A DNA stretch of 64,000 bases from Eledone cirrhosa (GCA_964016885.1 OZ024759.1:34038001-34102000); one strand, 5' to 3'. Numbered from the stretch's first letter, positions 1 to 14,921 are shown. Numbers and translations are program-made. The notes: a model not told the origin generated them from the letters alone.

Positions 1-2
1 AC

Positions 3-410
3 TGCCCCCTCGGCAATAACTGCCTGGAAAAAAATATTATTTATAAGTGTACCATTAAATCCGGAGGCAACGAGTGGTATTACGTGGGATCAACGGCAAC
101 ATCGTTTAAATCTCGATTGTATAGGCATTCTTACTCAATAAAACACCAGAGCCAAAGAAATGTAACAACTTTAGCAGAGAAAGCTTGGACGCTCAGGGAT
201 AGCAATCAAAAGTTTACCCTAAAATGGGAAAAATTAGCTAAAACCCAAAGCTTTTCCAGGAGCCAAAATTTCTGCAAATTGTGTAATCTTGAGATTTATT
301 ACATAATCACACACAAGAAGAAACTGCTGAATAACAGAATTGAACGAACATTATTCTGCCGTCACAGAACTAAAACCCTTTTTTCCCACTACAAGCCGAA
401 TATTACATAA
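3..410 (+). CDS. C-terminal GIY-YIG endonuclease domain of a Penelope-like retroelement (5'-truncated by window edge; Naiad-like, tentative)
   Basis: Frame open from position 3: CPLGNNCLEKNIIYKC...WYYVGSTATSFKSRLYRH...TTLAEKAW...W...CKLCNLE...LLNNRIE...CRHRTK. IIY/YVG motifs, catalytic R and E, LN, an upstream CPxxxxC knuckle and C-terminal CxxC...CxH are typical of PLE endonucleases. Confidence 0.85.
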   Translation, partial: CPLGNNCLEKNIIYKCTIKSGGNEWYYVGSTATSFKSRLYRHSYSIKHQSQRNVTTLAEKAWTLRDSNQKFTLKWEKLAKTQSFSRSQNFCKLCNLEIYYIITHKKKLLNNRIERTLFCRHRTKTLFSHYKPNIT

Positions 411-522
411 AAGAGGGACATCCCCCAACTATATAAACCTTAATCTAGTTAGAAAAATATAAAAACAATCTCTTTTCAACATATATTAATAACCTTAAAT
501 TACCATACTAATAATGAAAAGA

Positions 523-581
523 TATGCTGATGAGAATAGGTACAAATATGCGATAATGAATGTGTCTAAAAAACGTCCATA
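523..581 (+). ncRNA. Degenerate type I hammerhead ribozyme
   Basis: TATG-CTGATGA-...TAGGTAC/GTGTCTA stem II...-AAAACGT-C-CATA. Stem I is TATG/CATA and the GUC site is present, but the GAAA core reads AAAA. Confidence 0.5.
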
Positions 582-680
582 AGTATGTATATATATGTGA
601 AAATGTATATAAATAAGTAAATATATATATATGTTTGATGTGTATAGTTAGATGTAAGTGTATTCATGTATTAAAGTGCT

Positions 681-729
<49 letters not shown>

Positions 730-730
730 G

Positions 731-779
<49 letters not shown>

Positions 780-1375
780 ATATATGTATATGTATATATG
801 TATGTATATATGTGTATGTATGTATGTGTATATGGATGTGTATGTATGTGTATGTGTGTACACATGGACTAGAGTATGTATGTATATATGTGTGTGTCTA
901 TACGTGTGTATATATAAAGATAAGTTGAGTATGAAAATGTATACACATGAGCGCGTATGTATGTACATGAATACATGTGTGTATATATATGTGTATGCAT
1001 GTGTATATATATGTAAGTATGAATATGTGAATTGTGAGTATATGTATTTTGTAGAGGTGTGCAAATATATTTGTGTGTGAATGCGTGGGTGAAAGAATAC
1101 GTACACTTGAAAGAAAAATTTAAGTCTGAATGTTAAGTGCAAACACAAAACCAACCACGCATATCTTTACTATCTCTAATCCTTCTATAGATTTAGAAAA
1201 ATAACCAATAATATATTCTATAAAAAATGTCAAAACAACAGATGGGAATCTAATTAATCACTGCCACCAAGAATTCTCACTGCTATCGAAAAACCACTCC
1301 TTCAACTATTCTTCTAACAACTTCACCCCTTCCTCCTAATATTCTCTATAAAAACTAAATAGGTCCTCAGTAATA

Positions 1376-1492
1376 TTATTCTGATGAAATGACAGTAAAC
1401 AATAACATTGAAATATTGAATGTCTGCATAACTAAAAGTTTGTAGATAGCTGTTTTAGGTTATGTAACTGTTATAGAAACACGTGTCAATAA
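1376..1492 (+). ncRNA. Type I hammerhead ribozyme with long stem II
   Basis: TTATT-CTGATGA-A-ATGACAGT...ACTGTTAT-A-GAA-ACACGTGT-C-AATAA. Stem I TTATT/AATAA, palindromic stem III, GUC cleavage triplet at 1485-1487. Confidence 0.75.
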
Positions 1493-1526
1493 ATTCCTTT
1501 CAACTAAACTGTATCCATTCAAATCT

Positions 1527-2840
<1,314 letters not shown>

Positions 2841-3260
2841 TGAAATCATAGAAAAGGGAACGAGAATCCTCTACTTGGACTCATCAGACTTACATACTTA
2901 TATTTACTTACACCGGAAGTAAATGCCAGAAAATAATAGACATTAATTCACCATCTGTTCTCGAAATATTCGAATGGAACGTGGAAAGTTAATTAAATGA
3001 GCTAAAATAGGAGATTAGTACAAAGAATAAAAATAAAAAAATAATAGAAATTTTAAAAGAAAATCAAAAGGAAAAAATGGAATTAAAACGAAATAAAATA
3101 GGAACAAGAACGGAGAATAATGACAGCGTTTAGTGGAGAGGATAAGACATGTCTTTGAGAGAAACTGTTTTCTGAAGAGACAAGGGGTGTGTGTGTGGGG
3201 GGGGGATATATTCTCAAGTATTAAAGTGAATTATCATGGACATAAGGAACCAAGGTAAAT

Positions 3261-3854
3261 AGTGTTAGTGGTGGTGGCAGTGGTGGTGGTGGTGGTAGTG
3301 GTAGTGGTAGTAGTAATCGTGACAGCGGTGGTGGAGGTGGTGTTAGTGGTGGTGATGGTAGTGGTAGTGGTAGTGGTGGTGTTTTTGGTAGTGGTGGTGA
3401 GAGTGGTGGTGGTGGTAGCGGTGGTGATGTTAGTGGTGGCGATGAGGGTCTGAAGGTGTTAGTGGTGGTGGTAGTGTTAGTGGTGGTGGTTGTGGTAGTG
3501 GTAGTGGTGGTGTTTTTGGTAGTGATGGTGAGAGTGGTGGTGATGGTGGTAGTGGTGGTGATGTTAGTGGTGGTGATGAGGGTCTGAAGCTGTCAGTGGT
3601 GGTGGTGGTGGTGGTGGTGGTGGTGTGTGGTAGTGGTGGTATTTTTGGTACTGGTGGTTTCAGTAGTGGTGGAGGTGGTGTTAGTCGTGGTGGTGGTAGT
3701 GGTGGTATTTTTGGTACTGGTGGTTTCAGTAGTGGTGGAGGTGGTGTTAGTCGTGGTGGTGGTAGTGGTGGTGATGTTAGTGGTGGTGATGAGGGTCTGA
3801 AGCTGTTAGAGGTGGTGGTGGTGGTAGTGGTAGTGATGGTGATGGAGTGTTGGG
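3261..3854. repeat. (GGT/AGT)n low-complexity trinucleotide repeat with an internal ~66-bp duplication
   Basis: GGTGGTAGT runs; TGGTAGTGGTGGTATTTTTGGTACTGG... occurs twice. Confidence 0.9.
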
Positions 3855-4257
3855 GGTGATGGTGTAGTTGGTGTCATTGGCGTCGGTATGATGGTGGTGG
3901 TGTAGATGGTGTTGGTAGTGCCGCTGACACTGCTAGTGATGATAGTTGTTGTGGTGCTGGTGGTGAAGTTGGCGCTGGTATAGGTGATGGTGTAGTTGGT
4001 GTCATTGGCGTCGGTATGATGGTTGTGGTGTAGATGGTGTTGGTAGTGCCGCTGACACTGCTAGTGATGATAGTGGTTGTGGTGCTGGTGGTGAAGTTGG
4101 CGCTGGTATAGGTGTTGGTGTAGTTGGTGTGATTGGCGTCGGTATGATGGTGGTGGTGTAGATGGTGTTGGTAGTGCCGCTGACACTGCTAGTGATGATA
4201 GTGGTTGTGGTGCTGGTGGTGAAGTTGGCGCTGGTATAGGTGTTGGTGTAGTTGGTG
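3855..4257. repeat. Minisatellite, 128-bp unit x ~3.1
   Basis: GGTGTAGTTGGTG recurs at 3861, 3989, 4117 and 4245. Confidence 0.9.
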
Positions 4258-4593
4258 ATCTAGCTGTAAGATATTGTTATAAAATATTCTGTTGTACCAG
4301 AGAAGTGTTGGAAGAATAGAATTTAAATATAAAGTCAAACAGAAACTAATAAATAATGAATCGTTAACAATGTACTTTAGTTAAGTGATTAATTCTTTTT
4401 TTTAACACAGAAACAGAGAGGTCAAATGGTGTAGCATGTGTAAATCTATGTGGGGTGGTGTGTGTGTTTGTGTGAGAGAGTATGCGTGTGTGAGTGTGCG
4501 TGAGTGTGTGCCAATGGCTGTGTGTGTTTGGTTTTCTGCCAATATGTATAGATTGCGCTTCAGTGCATATATATGTAGATATGTAAACATACA

Positions 4594-4690
<97 letters not shown>

Positions 4691-4692
<2 letters not shown>

Positions 4693-4879
4693 CGAAGGAA
4701 ATGTGGTAAGGAACCAGGTGGACCATAACGCACCAAAGTACTCAATACTTAGGGTAGTAGAGTAGGTAATAGGAACAAGTAAGACCCCGACGGCTGAGCT
4801 CCAGCCGTTTCGACGGCTAATTCAGTACAGAATTAGCCGTCGAAACGGCTCGAGCTCAGCCGTCGGGGTCTTACTTGTT

Positions 4880-4883
<4 letters not shown>
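4691..4883 (-). mobile_element. Family A (TA)n-inserted short element with 5' inversion palindrome (4770-4883)
   Basis: AACGAAGGAAATGTGGTAAGGAACCAGGTGGACC... end flush with TA. The arm TAGGAACAAGTAAGACCCCGACGGCTGAGCTC... is mirrored. Duplicate at 24961-25152. Confidence 0.85.
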
Positions 4884-4926
<43 letters not shown>

Positions 4927-5307
4927 ATACATGAAGCATGACTTTATGGTGCATGGATGGATGTTTATATGTGTATATATATATGTATATATATATATGT
5001 TTGCATGTATACATGAAGCATGACTTTATGGTGCATGGATGGATGTACGTATCTTTCTATGCATGTATGCATGTATAACAACTATCACGAGAGAGGGGGA
5101 TTGGCAGAGAGTACCGTGTAGTAGATATAGAGAGGGTGAGAGTTTAGGGGTGTTTGATATACAGGGGGGGGGTGAGCGATAAGTGTAGATATGTATAGAG
5201 AGTGAGAGAGTGTATTTGTCTTAGATATAGACAGTGTGATATATACATAAATGTTATATACGACTGGTATTTAATACCCGAGCAACGTTGGGTACCTCTG
5301 CTAGTAC

Positions 5308-5345
<38 letters not shown>

Positions 5346-5368
5346 CTGTGTGTGTGTGTGTTTCATTT

Positions 5369-5419
<51 letters not shown>

Positions 5420-5494
5420 ATTTCATTGTATATACATATATATACATATATATATATGTATATACATATATATACACACACACACATATATATG

Positions 5495-5583
<89 letters not shown>

Positions 5584-5827
5584 TCAGTGTGTCAGTGTGT
5601 CTTTGTGTGTATGAGTGTGCCTATGTGTGTGTTAGTGTGGTAGAAAGTTTCCTCAAATTATGTTGTAGCCGTCAGCCATCTTGTTGGTATTGTTATTACT
5701 ATTATTACTAGTTGGCTTAAATTGTTGTTCTATTTTTTAAGCGTCACTTACATTTCTCTATAACCACCATCCTTTGGGTGACTGGCATTATATGTCTCCA
5801 CATATATATATACATATATATATATAC

Positions 5828-5860
<33 letters not shown>

Positions 5861-5878
5861 CATATATAGATACACATA

Positions 5879-5912
<34 letters not shown>

Positions 5913-5921
5913 CATATATAG

Positions 5922-5982
<61 letters not shown>

Positions 5983-6045
5983 TACATATATATATGTATA
6001 TATATATATATAGAGAGAGAGAGATACATATATATATATATAGAT

Positions 6046-6089
<44 letters not shown>

Positions 6090-6137
6090 ATATATATATA
6101 TATATATATATGGATATATATATATATATATATATAT

Positions 6138-6206
<69 letters not shown>

Positions 6207-6213
6207 CACACAC

Positions 6214-6278
<65 letters not shown>

Positions 6279-6301
6279 TAGATAGATAGATAGATACACA
6301 C

Positions 6302-6356
<55 letters not shown>

Positions 6357-6359
6357 TAG

Positions 6360-6422
<63 letters not shown>

Positions 6423-6531
6423 TATACATTCATACATACATATATATGACACAAATATAGAGATATATGTACTGACACACATGGGTATATAAACACACAA
6501 ACACATATATACACACGCACTCTCTCTCTCT

Positions 6532-6575
<44 letters not shown>

Positions 6576-6631
6576 GTATATATATATATATATATGTATT
6601 TATATATATATATATATGTATATATGAATAC

Positions 6632-6671
<40 letters not shown>

Positions 6672-7092
6672 ATATACATATACATATGTATACGTATAAA
6701 TATATATATATAGAGAGAGAGAAAGATATATTTACATTTGTATATATATATATAGATATATATATATTTGTATATGTATATATCCCACATATTCTCTATG
6801 TCAACATATCTAACCACGTGACTATCTTCAACTCTAGTGCCTCTATGGTATGTAGGAAGAATAGAGGAATAAAACCAAAAACAAAAGCTAAGTCGAACAA
6901 GAAGTAGACATTAAAAAATATATTTAAATGGTAGATAATTATAGTGTTCTGTCGAATCTTTTGGCGTTCAATCTTCTTCACACCCATATCATGTGCTATC
7001 CCTCCATATACATATTCACACAAACATAGATATATTCATATATATATAGATATACATATAGATATACATATACATATAGATATACATATATA

Positions 7093-7204
<112 letters not shown>

Positions 7205-7360
7205 CATATATATGAATATATTTATATATATATATATATACATGAATATATATATATAAATATATACATGAATATATATATAAATATATACATGAATATA
7301 TATATATAAATATATACATGAACATATATATACAAATATATACATGAATATATATATACA

Positions 7361-7436
<76 letters not shown>

Positions 7437-7470
7437 CACACATATATATATATATAGATATACACATATA

Positions 7471-7515
<45 letters not shown>

Positions 7516-7670
7516 GTAAACAAAACAAAGAACATTTGAGATAAAAGAAGAGTAAATAAATTTAGTTTGACGTTCAGAGAAAAGTGACAACCAAACTTGG
7601 CGACGTTTCGGATCATAATTTTCATCGAAAAATGAAAATATATAACACAGTATATGTTTGTATATCTCAA

Positions 7671-7895
7671 GGTGCCTGACCCAGTGGTAAGTGTGTTGGA
7701 CTTATGATCATAATGTCATGGGTTCGGAACATAGCTCGGTTGTGTGTTGTGTTCTTGAACAATTCACCTCATTTCATGCTACTCCTGAAAATCAGTACCA
7801 GTAATAGATACGGACGTGGTAACCCTTCGATGGACTCTCAGTCGCTGCACGCCATGTAAACCCTGATAAGAAGCGGCCTGATGAGCTTCCGTGTT
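7671..7895 (+). mobile_element. Degenerate tRNA-derived SINE (CORE-like segment plus V-domain-like segment)
   Basis: A/B-box-like head, TGTGTTGTGTTCTTGAACAA CORE-like motif, GGTAACCCTTCGATGGACT...CACGCCATG..AACC..GATAAG. Related segment at 58660-58780; duplicate near 27990-28210. Confidence 0.55.
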
Positions 7896-8051
7896 CCAGA
7901 CTATATATATACATATATACAGCAAATTTGCCAGTCGTTTCCCCCGGTAGTGTTGACACTAAGAATGTGTGGTCTCAACCTTAAAATATTTCATAGCGAA
8001 AGGCTGTCAAATGTTTTTCATAAACAACCCGTATATATCTCACACACAAAC

Positions 8052-8114
<63 letters not shown>

Positions 8115-8502
8115 GTAAGTGCTTTCGGAGTCTGGTGATGGAGGTGCGAATGTATTGAAATACTATAATAGACTGCACCGTTCCAGATTAATAAGGCCAT
8201 TCCAATTAAACTTAATTATATTGATTGCAGTGAAGCTCTGTCATGTTTTCTATAAGGTATTGTTGAACCCGAGGCTAAATCTCGATAGCAAATACTTATT
8301 TCTGTGTGTGTTGTGTGTGTGTGTGTGTGCGTCTGTGTCTGACTATCTATGAACTCTGTGTGAGTGTGTGTGCTCAGTCTGATGTGTTTGTGATTCTACT
8401 CTCTATATATATATATATGTGCGTGAGAGTGTTTGTGCTGTATGTGGATGAGAGAGAGCATGTGCTCTCTCTCTATATATATATATATATATACATATAT
8501 AC

Positions 8503-8548
<46 letters not shown>

Positions 8549-9124
8549 ATAATGTGTGGATGTGTGTCTTCTGTCTGTTTGTATGTGTGGTTGCTCTTTG
8601 TGTGTGTCAATTGTGTGTGTATGTGTTCTGTGTGTCCTATATGGGTGCGTGTGTGTTTGCATGTGTGTGTGTGTCTGCCCTCTGTGTGTGTGCGTGTGTG
8701 TCTGTCTGCTCAGTGTGTGTGTGTGCGGGTATGTGTGTGTGTGTGTCTGCCCTCTGTGGGTGTCTTCCCTCTGTGGGTGTCTGCCCTCTGTGTGTGTCTG
8801 CTTTACGTGTGTTTCTTCTCTGTGGTTGTGTGTCTGTCTGTTTGTCAGCTCAATGTGTTCAGGCCCTTCACTCTCTGTGTTACCGTTGACACCACTTAAT
8901 AACTGTTTCAAGATGTAGTTCGACAAATAGAAATCGATAAAGCTGAAGCAGACTTACAAATCAAGATCGATAAGATAAGCCTAAGTATTGAAATTGATGC
9001 TGCAGCATGGCTGGAGTTCAATGACTGAAACCAATAAAAGGTTAAATCGAGTAGAGAACATATCCTGAAATCACTCCAGGAGAATTTAGCAGAGTATTGG
9101 GTAATAGAGAACGCATACACCCCA

Positions 9125-9208
<84 letters not shown>

Positions 9209-9278
9209 GACATGTATATATACCTACACATACCGATATATGTACAGGTATATATATGTATATGTGTGTGCGTGCGCG

Positions 9279-9312
<34 letters not shown>

Positions 9313-9366
9313 AATATGCATAGATATTTTTGTATGCATATATATATATATATATAGACATAAAAA

Positions 9367-9423
<57 letters not shown>

Positions 9424-9450
9424 GTGTGTACGTATGCGTATATATATTCA

Positions 9451-9488
<38 letters not shown>

Positions 9489-9541
9489 CATATATACATA
9501 TATATATACATATATACATATATACATATATACATATATGC

Positions 9542-9581
<40 letters not shown>

Positions 9582-9657
9582 GCATAAATATATATATTTA
9601 TTTATATATAAGTATATATACATATATACATATATACATATATAAATACACACACAT

Positions 9658-9695
<38 letters not shown>

Positions 9696-10096
9696 TAGTA
9701 TCGGCCACAAGAGCAGCAGATACCGTAGTTCATAGGAAATTAATAACATCCACGTATCGTTCTAATAACATTAGCCAGATTTATTGAGCAGTGAGAAGCT
9801 CATAAAAACGAACAGCTTCCTAGACACGAATGTTACCTACATGGGCTTCCATAATAATAGCAATGGCGGTGTTTGTTTTTATTATTGTTTGTTTGTTTTT
9901 GTTGTTGTTCTTGTGGGTTTTTTTTTATTGTTGTGTGTATGTGTGTGTGTGTTTTTTTTTTTGTCTACTTCATTAATTGTCTCCTTCTTTATGTTTGAAA
10001 TGTTTTTTTTTATTAATTTTTATATTTTTTTAATGTTACTACTGATGATGTTGTTGCTCGTGTTGTTTTTGTAATTATCATTATTATTATTATCAA

Positions 10097-10878
10097 GGGC
10101 GGTGGATCGGCAGTATCGGTAGGGGGTCGGTCGCATTGCTTTGACGCATAGAGTTACGGCCCTTACCATTCTGAGTTCACATCCCGCCGAGGATAACTTT
10201 GCCTTTCATCCTTACGGGGTCGATAAAATAAAGTACCAGTAATACACTGGAATAATTGCTGGCCTTGTGCCAAAGGTAGAAACAATTATTATTATCAAGG
10301 GTAGGCGATTGGCTGAATTGGTAGTTCGTGAGACACCATGGTTTGCAGCATAGAGTTATTACCTTTTACATTCTGAGTTCGAATCCGGCCGAGGTGGGCT
10401 TTGCCGTTCATCCTTACGGGGTCGATAACATAAAGTACCAGTAATGCAATGGGGGCGATTTAATCGACTTTCCACTCCGCAAAGTTTGTTGACCTTGTTA
10501 ACTAAATAAGAAGCTATTAATATTATCATTGCTGTTGTTGTTGTTGATGATGTTTTGGTCGGTGGATTAGCAGTACCGATAGAGGATCGGATAACATGCA
10601 TTGCGACATACAGATATGTCCCTATGCGTTCTGAGTTCAAATCAGGCCGAGGTTAACTTTGCCTTTCATCTTTACGGGGCCGATCAAATAAAGTACCAGT
10701 AATGCACTGCGGTCGGTGTAATCGACTTTCTCCTCTACTTTAAATTGCTGACCTTGTGCCTAAATTAGAAACAATTATTGTTATGATTAAGGCGGTGGAT
10801 TGGCAGTACCAGTTAAAGGTCGGAGCCCGTGCTTTGTGTCATAGAGTTACTTCCCTATACGTTCTGAATTCAAATCAG
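10097..10878 (+). mobile_element. Head-to-tail array of four tRNA-derived Meta-domain-like SINE copies (10097-10283, 10299-10512, 10557-10772, 10791-10878 partial)
   Basis: GGCGGTGGATTGGCAGTA head, GAGTTCAAATC B box, GCCGAGGTTAACTTTGCCTTTCATCCTTACGGGGTCGATAAAATAAAGTACCAG body. Confidence 0.85.
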
Positions 10879-11101
10879 TGCGTATTGAGTCAGCCATTTT
10901 GGAGATTTATGTAAATGTGACATTTGAATAGGGTTACATATATCTTCTTCAACAGCAATACTCTGGCGTTTATAATTTAATAGAATATTGTAATGGAGAT
11001 ACGTGTTCTGTAGTGTCTTCCTTAAATTCTGAAGAACTATTTAAAAAAAATATGAACACCAATTGAACGAAATGTGTATGATTTTAGGCGACGATATATC
11101 T

Positions 11102-11102
<1 letters not shown>

Positions 11103-11162
<60 letters not shown>

Positions 11163-11340
11163 TGTATGTAGCTATTCCGTTCTTCTTTTTCTTATTCTCG
11201 TCTATTTATTTCTTCTTATGATGATACTAATTAGAAGAAGAAGAAGAAGAAGAAGAAGAAGAAGAAGAAGAAGAAGAAGAAGAAGAAGAAGAAGAAGAAG
11301 AAGAAGAAGAAGAAGAAGAAGAAGAAGAGGGGGGGGGGGG
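11103..11340. repeat. (AAT)n and (GAA)n microsatellites plus a poly-G run
   Basis: Seen directly. Confidence 0.95.
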
Positions 11341-12078
11341 TAGAATAAGGAGAACCAGAATAATAAAAAGAACATAATGATGAAGAAGTAAAAGAAGTTT
11401 ATTCTTAATACATGAAAGAAGAGATAAAAAAGATAACTTGGAAATGTTAAACCTTCAAGGTACTAATTCTTATGAAAATAAAAAGCAACAAAATGAAAAA
11501 TAAAAACAAACAACAAACAACAACAACAAGAAAATAAGTTTCAAACGAAAATATTGATTGATTTTCAAAATATCTAAATCCTTGCTTTAGCAATCATAAT
11601 CTTCAACGAGATATCTAAATTAAAACATGGCCGCTCATAAACAACTATATTCGTCGCATCAATGTGTGTATATATATATATAATGAAAATAAAAGTTAAG
11701 GGAGAAAGAGGGTAATATCCATCGTCAGTTGTCTGCTGGGAATCATCGGTATTTCTTCGCATTAGAGACAAGATATCTTAGCCTAGGTCGAACAATAACT
11801 AAAATAAGTTATTGGGATAATAAAAGGGGAGAGAGAGAGAAACATGTAAACAGACACGAAGGGTGAAACAACGCAAAGAGGTATGTATGTATACATTTAA
11901 GAAGGACGGATTCTGATATATATCTTCTTTCAATGTTGCACAATTTCTTAATACGTATTTCTATGTTCAGCTTACATTATCTGACTATTAGGCAAGACAC
12001 TAGGTAACGTTATCTGATGTCATGAATATTAAAAATTTTAAATATTTAGTTCAGTAATCCATATTGGTTTATATATAT

Positions 12079-12186
<108 letters not shown>

Positions 12187-12403
12187 TAACAGAAAAGAGA
12201 CATACCAAGGAAAAAGGACTGCTTTAAAAGCAGTTAATTAATTCCTTATTGAATCTGTAGCCTCTTCTATATAGTGGAAATTTCTGTTTATGGTGAGTAA
12301 ATACTTCACGATATATTACACGTTCAATCTTAACAATTGTTTAAAAACAAACTTTAAAATATCCTTTCTCTCTCTCATAATTATATTGTTTCCGGAGGAT
12401 TGA

Positions 12404-12588
12404 GGGCGGTGGATTGGCAGTATCGGTAGAGGGTCAGACGCCATTCTTTGCACCACAGTTACGTCCCTTTACTGACTGAGTTCAAATCCCACCGAGGTTA
12501 ACTTTGCCTTTCATCCTTACGGGGTCGATAAAATAAAGTACCAGTAATACACTGGAGTAATTGCTGGCCTTGTGCCAAATGTAGAAAC
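12404..12588 (+). mobile_element. Meta-domain-like SINE, full length (duplicate 32739-32923)
   Basis: Same consensus as the 10097 copy. Confidence 0.85.
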
Positions 12589-12742
12589 AATAATTATATA
12601 ATTTCCGTTGTTGATTATCCTTACCCTTCTTATTCCGGAAGATCCTGTCCTGTGTGTCGCTTGTATTTACTTGACAATATGTTACAGCTCCAATACTTTT
12701 ACGTCGCCTACATGTAATGGAATATAGGGTAAAGTATAAAAG

Positions 12743-13034
12743 TGTAAAGACCCCCTTCAGTCACGAATGTCCATATGATTTGCACCTAGGAAGTTTCCAT
12801 CCGCGGCACAAATTCGGGCAATGTTGTATGTGGAAGACCAACAGTCATCCATATGTACCAGTCTCCTCTCTCCACACCACCGGTGTTGTCCAAAGGATAG
12901 CCAATTGTCGATAGGGCTTGGCACCAGTTACGTCGCGACACCTTTCTACAGCTGAATTAACTGGAGCAAATTAAAATAAAGTGTCTTGCCCAAGGACACC
13001 ACACAAAGCCCGGTCCGAGACTCGAACTCACAAC
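12743..13034 (-). mobile_element. CORE-type tRNA-derived SINE (duplicate ~33079-33370)
   Basis: Minus strand reads GTGAGTTCGAGTC (B box)...GTGTCCTTGGGCAAGACACTT (CORE)...GAAGGGGGTCTTTAC tail. Confidence 0.75.
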
Positions 13035-13119
13035 AATGGAATATAATGTTATGGATTCTTAGACATTTAGCACAATGAACATTAGTGAATCTTTTTAAAG
13101 ACCAGCTTTAAAATACCCA

Positions 13120-13375
13120 CCTCTGTCTATCAGAATCATTGTACAGCCCTTATTGGAAGGTCATTGTGTAGTTGGTAAATCTTTAGCAATATATTACACC
13201 TCACGTTAAAATTTAAAAAATACACTCCCAAATCAGGTCTACGTGTATCAAGATGTGAACATTTGAAATGATCTCCTTTCTCTCACTGTGTCAGAATTAT
13301 TGTGCAACCTGCATTTGAGAGAAATTTTGTAATTGGTAAAATCCTTAGCAATTTAATTCACCTCACTTTTAAATT

Positions 13376-13420
<45 letters not shown>

Positions 13421-13448
13421 ATATATCTACATGTATCAAGATATGAAC
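13120..13448. repeat. Diverged local tandem duplication (~140-165 bp x2)
   Basis: TCAGAAT.ATTGT...TTGGTAAA..TTAGCAAT...CACCTCAC...TCTAC.TGTATCAAGAT.TGAAC occurs twice. Confidence 0.75.
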
Positions 13449-13550
13449 CCCTGTGTCTAGGGTTTTCAAAACACGAAACAGGTCTTATAATTCACTGAGA
13501 CGGAACGAACAAATCAGACATACTATAATCTACTCCCCGTTGAAATAACT

Positions 13551-13677
13551 GTTTCCACTTTAGGCACAAGGCCAACAATTATCTAGTGCATTACTGGTAC
13601 TTTATTTTATCGAGCCCGTAAGGAAGAAAGGCAAAGTTAACCTCGGCGGGATTTGAACTCAGTCCGTAAAGGGACGT
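13551..13677 (-). mobile_element. 5'-truncated Meta-domain-like SINE with 11-bp flanking direct repeat CGTTGAAATAA
   Basis: Reverse complement of the SINE body; direct repeats at 13538-13548 and 13675-13685. Confidence 0.8.
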
Positions 13678-13903
13678 TGAAATAATACACACCTACGCTA
13701 TATGCATAACGTATAATTTAAATTGACGAATTCGACTTTTATGTTTAACCCAAATCTTCTTCCTATTCATTTTAAATTCTCTTTCTTGATAAGCGCATTT
13801 AATACCGAAATATATTGAAATATTAAACACATGTTTCAAATACATTGATTGCTATTTTCCTACATATTCATACAAACACACATATATCTATTATGTATAT
13901 ATA

Positions 13904-14013
13904 TACAGAGGGATAATGTCTCTCCCAAAACAGTATACACACTTCAACAGTATTCTAAATATATTGCGTGAACATGTAATCAAAGTGTGTATACATTTTT
14001 GGGACATCCTGTA
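13904..14013. mobile_element. Tc1/mariner-like MITE (copies at 34251-34360 and 49008-49108)
   Basis: Imperfect TIRs of type TACAGGATGTCCCAAAAATGTATACACACT with TA ends. Confidence 0.6.
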
Positions 14014-14103
14014 AATATATACATATATATATATATATGTATATTATACACATGTATATATATATATATGTATGCATATACATAGACATACATATAATAC
14101 ACG

Positions 14104-14153
<50 letters not shown>

Positions 14154-14568
14154 CTTAACTAGAAACTACGCAGCCGTCCTATTCTCCATGTATATTTAAT
14201 ATATATATATATATGCATATAAGTCTACATGTGTTGAAGTGTGTATATCGCTCCTAAAATTCAATTATATACAAACACTTAGACAATTGAAGATTTCTGC
14301 AATAATGGTTAATAGAGGAAATACGTCAGTCTCCCTCCTTTGGAGAGACTCTCATCTGATGTAACCCCCTATGTAAATATAATTAATAAATTACAATAAA
14401 TTGCCTCTGGTTAGCATGCACAATTACAATTAGTAATTCTACTTGAAAAATAAATGAGATAGAACCACATAAATATTTCCACTATTCCTAAGGTTCTTAA
14501 TTGATTTGCACATGTATATGTGTACATATATATGTATGCGAGTATATGAATATATATATACGTCTCTC

Positions 14569-14653
<85 letters not shown>

Positions 14654-14658
14654 TTATT

Positions 14659-14885
14659 TATTTATTAGAATAACAGATTAAAGTTTAAGCAAATAATCGC
14701 TGCTTTCACTCTTAACTTATGGTTAGTTTCAGAAGATCTCGTTAAGGGTGAATTCAGCGATTCTTTGCTTAAATTTTAATCTGTTAATTTAATAAATATT
14801 TGCTCTACCGTTCTTATATATTTGATATATATTTATCCTTATCGAGCCCTCTTTGGATGTTCGTCTTCAAATTTATTATTATTAC

Positions 14886-14887
<2 letters not shown>
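14659..14887 (+). mobile_element. Family C fold-back element with hammerhead-like motif (duplicate ~35068-35296)
   Basis: Palindrome ~14659-14798. AGTTT-CAGAAGA-TCTC-GTTAA-GGGT-GAAT...TGCT-T-AAATT, then a tail TTGCTCTACCG...CGAGCCC, between TA tracts. Confidence 0.75.

Positions 14888-14921
<34 letters not shown>

Noticed and set aside
1389-1422. SECIS element for a selenoprotein-type Naiad PLE
   Set aside because: ATGA..AA..TGA spacing is present but helix II pairs poorly, and the segment is explained as hammerhead stem II.
3261-4257. Mucin-like Thr-rich or Gly/Val-rich coding region
   Set aside because: Trinucleotide low complexity with stops; the 128-bp unit is not a multiple of three.
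7878-7895. CTGATGAG as a hammerhead core
   Set aside because: No GAAA or stem III partner; it lies in the 3' part of a SINE.
10097-10878. tRNA genes or a CRISPR-like array
   Set aside because: Only SINE A/B-box heads without a cloverleaf; units are ~200 bp and diverged, in a eukaryotic context with no cas genes.
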